Source of the DNA: Neoechinorhynchus agilis
Lineage: Eukaryota; Animalia; Acanthocephala
Assembly (NCBI GenBank): GCA_051530055.1
Contig: CM121342.1
Span: 6,740,864 to 6,804,863 of the forward strand
DNA: 64,000 nt
Direction: 5' to 3'
A model generated the notes under the pieces. It was not told where the DNA came from, searched no databases, and saw nothing but the letters and a program-made list of their open reading frames with translations. Shown here one piece after another: positions 60,829 to 64,000 of this stretch (positions within the stretch are counted from its first letter, which is position 1; each line of letters opens with the position of its first letter). The position numbers were made by a program, and so were the translations under genes.

Positions 60829-61063
60829 AAGTGGATACTCTTTGTAGGCTGCACAATATAAAGATTTTGCAGTTAGGCTTGGCTCCTATAACACTGCATA
60901 GAGTAATGTTGAAATGATAAGACCGTTTTAACTTAATTTATGAATAAAAATCTATAGCACAAATGCAGTGAGATCAATGCCTGAACTTCAGCAAAATATA
61001 ATATAAGTTGAGCGTATAGAACAAATGCGAGATGTTGTTCCACAACAAAGCATAAAAGGCGTA

Positions 61064-61832
61064 TCAATAACTGAATACCTACAATCGCTAACGAGCATTA
61101 CTATGAACATCTCACAATTCTCCGATTTTTCACGCAAATATCATTCAAGTGAGTATTCAGAAAAGCAAAATATACAATGAATTCTGAGATTAATGAAGTT
61201 CTTTAATACATTCTCGCTCAAGTGGACAACTAACTTTCGAATGCAGAGCGAGAAAGGATAACAAGTGAACTAATTGACCAAACCGATCCATAAATATTGA
61301 TGGCAGCGACGGTGAATCAAAAGTGGATCAAGGCGCTGAAATATCTCATGAAAATGCTACCGTTGGAGAGATTACAAAAGCAGAACGCAGAAGTGAAAGA
61401 CAGGACTGGGAACGTCGGCCACAGTCGATGTTGCATAAAACGTGGAATAAGATAAATTTCTGAATTGTATGATTATTACGGACTTTGGCTTTGCGAGAAG
61501 TGCATATAAAGTAGTAATCCAAAAGGCGAAACAGATATTGCTGGCCAACAGCGTCAATTTCAGAATGATTGCAACCAATTCACTGTCGCTGCCATCAAAA
61601 ATTATGGGTTCTGTTGGATCAATTAGTTCAGTTTTTGCCTTTCTCGCCCTGCATTCTAAAGTTAGTTTTCCACTTGAGCGAGAATGTATTAAAGTACTTC
61701 AATAATCCCAGGATTTATTGCATCGTTTACCATTTTGAATATTGACTTAATGGATATTTACGTGAAGGATCGGAGAATTGGTTTGAAGTTCTTAGTAACG
61801 CTCGTTAGCAATTGTAGGTATTCTGTTATTGA
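61064..61832. repeat. Zinc-finger-derived hairpin, copy 4 (arms ~61064-61317 and ~61578-61832)
   Basis: Same structure as 31353-32120. Confidence 0.85.
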
Positions 61833-62625
61833 GACCCTTTTATGCATCGACAGCTCGAAAAAATACTGCGCACAATGAGGCGAAATCACGAATTTATTTA
61901 TTTATTTAATTGGGATATCTTAAACGTGTGAATTGTTTGTTGAAAACATTGTTAAAACCTTTGAAAAAAGGCTTCAATTTATTCTTTGAAAGTAAAGAAA
62001 TTCTTAAAGTTTTGATCTGATATTATGAACGTTTTTTGTGTGCAGGAAATTCACGGATTTTTGTATTGTCGCAAATAAACACTTTTTTCCACATTTTTGA
62101 ACCAAATCACTAAAATTTTCATTCCGCAAAAAGTTATGATCGAGATTATTTATAGAAAGGAACTATGCCTAAAATCGCATGATCGAAAGTCCATATAAAA
62201 TTATTTTGGTTACAAACACTACGCAATTAAACATTTATGAGTCTAAAATATGCTTACCTCTTACCGTGTTTCTTATTCGCTTATTGGCTGAAATCTCAGA
62301 AATTTGACCAATTAAAAAAAATTAGGGGTTTCATAGAACGATTAATTATCATGTGTGTCGAAAATGTATTTTTGATAAGCTAAGCTCCTTTTGCGCAAGT
62401 TTTTCTCACCTTATATATTTTCAAGAAGTATTCCGAATTTTCCTTAGATGATATAGATGAAGCTATTTCTGTAGAGCAATCCTTTTTTAAATGGTACATT
62501 ATTCTTTGCCAATATAAAGATGGAATTTATTAAAGAAACAAATTTTTATACCTATTTCTTATAAAATAAAACACGACATTCTATAAAATATAATTAATAG
62601 ATTTTTAAATTACTTTTAGAACAAA

Positions 62626-63762
62626 ATGGCAACCAAAGACCTTCATGTCTATAATTTCAGTGCCAAATTTAAAATGAACAAATTGAACCTGGTTGATATC
62701 AAAAGTGCAATACCGTCCGTAAAAATTCAGCGTGGACCCGCAATTCTCTACACAGTGCCGATAACCAATAAAGAACGCAATCTCATCGGGGCAACTGCTC
62801 GTATATTTCCAAGTGGCAAAGTGATTCTTAATGTACAGAAGGGTTCGGAAAGTGATGTTGAGGACTTTGCTCATCATGTAGAATCTCTAATTCAAATGTC
62901 ACAATGTAAATCGGGTCCTCTTCACGATTACTCGCTCACATGTGTACAAATGAAAACAAATTTAGATTTTTGTATAAAATTAGAAGCTGTTGTTGAGAAC
63001 TTTAACGAAAAAAGGATCCCAAATATAAATGAGACAATAGAATATGTTGACTTTGAGCCAGAAATACGAAGAACGGCTGAAATAAAATTCAAACACTCGG
63101 ATGTTAAAATGACGCTGCACGGTAATGAATTCGTTCAACTTTCTGGTTCACGAGTGCATGAAATTCGGGAAAAGTTTGAGTTAGCAATTCCATTACTTTT
63201 GAGTTCAAGGAACAACACAAAACCAATCAAAGCAGCGCGAAGGGCTCAAAAACGAAGATATCAAATTCAGGAGTCGGAGAATTACAGATACGCCTCACTG
63301 GACCGATTTTCTGGCAGATTGTCTGGCCGTGAGCAGTTAAATATTGAAAGTTATAGTAAATTTAAATGCAAGGACAAAGATACGCTCGATCAAAGAAAAC
63401 AAAAACGTCAACGAAATACTGCACGAGCCAAGGATTTTAAAAGTTCCCGATCTTATTCCAGCTACGGAGAGTTTTCGCAACTCGATCAAAGATACGTGCC
63501 ATCAAATCCTGACTGTCAGTATCCGCCAAGTATACAACAAACGAATTCTTCTTATAATGGATCTTATTATTCTGAATTACCACAAATCGATCAATGTTTG
63601 AACGTTAGGTTTGACGGAAGCGAATTCCCGATTTGGGCAATTGATGCTTATATGATTCCCACAACAGCATTTCAAAATCAATTTTGCGGAATGAACCATT
63701 CGTTAAAAAGGAATTCGACGGTTCAAAAATACGCACATTGTCCAGTTTTTTACAACCCGTGA
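62626..63762 (+). CDS. Divergent TBP-family protein, second intact copy (378 aa)
   Basis: Differs from 32913..34049 by only a few residues (G5D, Y87S, C/R, S/A, F/S, T/I). Confidence 0.85.
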   Translation: MATKDLHVYNFSAKFKMNKLNLVDIKSAIPSVKIQRGPAILYTVPITNKERNLIGATARIFPSGKVILNVQKGSESDVEDFAHHVESLIQMSQCKSGPLHDYSLTCVQMKTNLDFCIKLEAVVENFNEKRIPNINETIEYVDFEPEIRRTAEIKFKHSDVKMTLHGNEFVQLSGSRVHEIREKFELAIPLLLSSRNNTKPIKAARRAQKRRYQIQESENYRYASLDRFSGRLSGREQLNIESYSKFKCKDKDTLDQRKQKRQRNTARAKDFKSSRSYSSYGEFSQLDQRYVPSNPDCQYPPSIQQTNSSYNGSYYSELPQIDQCLNVRFDGSEFPIWAIDAYMIPTTAFQNQFCGMNHSLKRNSTVQKYAHCPVFYNP

Positions 63763-64000
63763 AAAACACGAAAGCGGCTTTAGTTCAAATAATCAGATAG
63801 TTTTTGTTCAGTCTATAAATAAAGAAACTAAAAATTAGTACAGTTTTAAATTTCGATGCATGAATATTTTCACAGATGTAAGGAGAGTGCTAAAAATGAC
63901 AAAAAATTAATCCATCTTTATTGTTTAATGTAGCGACACATTTTTATCATTAAGTTGCAATTAATTTTCAAAAATAACAATTCCTTTAAAAGAACAACAA

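Larger units (their letters stand above)
57157..64000 (+). repeat. Cassette copy 4 (runs off the window)
   Basis: Colinear with 27394-34290. Confidence 0.93.

Noticed and set aside
1814-63601. Numerous short antisense or alternate-frame ORFs (e.g. 1814..2038, 2515..3093, 8615..9043, 9597..10019, 21272..21736, 33631..33888, 37006..37503)
   Set aside because: They are shadows of real genes or transposon ORFs. Their recurrence reflects DNA duplication, not independent coding.
1-64000. Prokaryotic features (CRISPR array, operons, retrons, group II introns)
   Set aside because: No regularly spaced short repeats. The RTs are CRE, Gypsy, LINE and Penelope types, and spliceosomal introns are present.

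Overview
This is AT-rich eukaryotic DNA, most likely from an animal (46-55 nt GT-AG introns, Mag-like Gypsy, CRE, Penelope and APE-type LINE remnants, secreted LRR and Kunitz sequences). No prokaryotic features are present, and the host species cannot be identified from the window. The region is ampliconic and transposon-rich. (1) A ~7.1 kb cassette occurs four times: 1-~12.9 kb (interrupted), 22.35-27.39 kb (inverted, partial), 27.39-34.47 kb and 57.16-64 kb. It carries an unknown spliced gene X, an NLS-bearing gene Y, a decayed CRE fragment, a ~750 bp hairpin made from the 5' end of a zinc-finger gene, and a very divergent TBP-family gene with a C-terminal extension. Two copies start at the same base while cutting two different genes. 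(2) A gene for a ~690 aa protein with five CX2C-X16-CX2C fingers is present as one intact and several broken copies. (3) There are three secreted LRR paralogs, two of them in inverted orientation. (4) At least 13 pieces of CRE-clade RT/RLE retrotransposons are nested through the window; none is intact. (5) A ~233 bp SINE-like insert at 42.6 kb has a B-box, a 7-bp TSD and a complete hammerhead ribozyme core whose strands are in a non-circularly permuted order. All alignments and folds were done by eye. Several frameshifts fall in homopolymers and may be sequencing errors.
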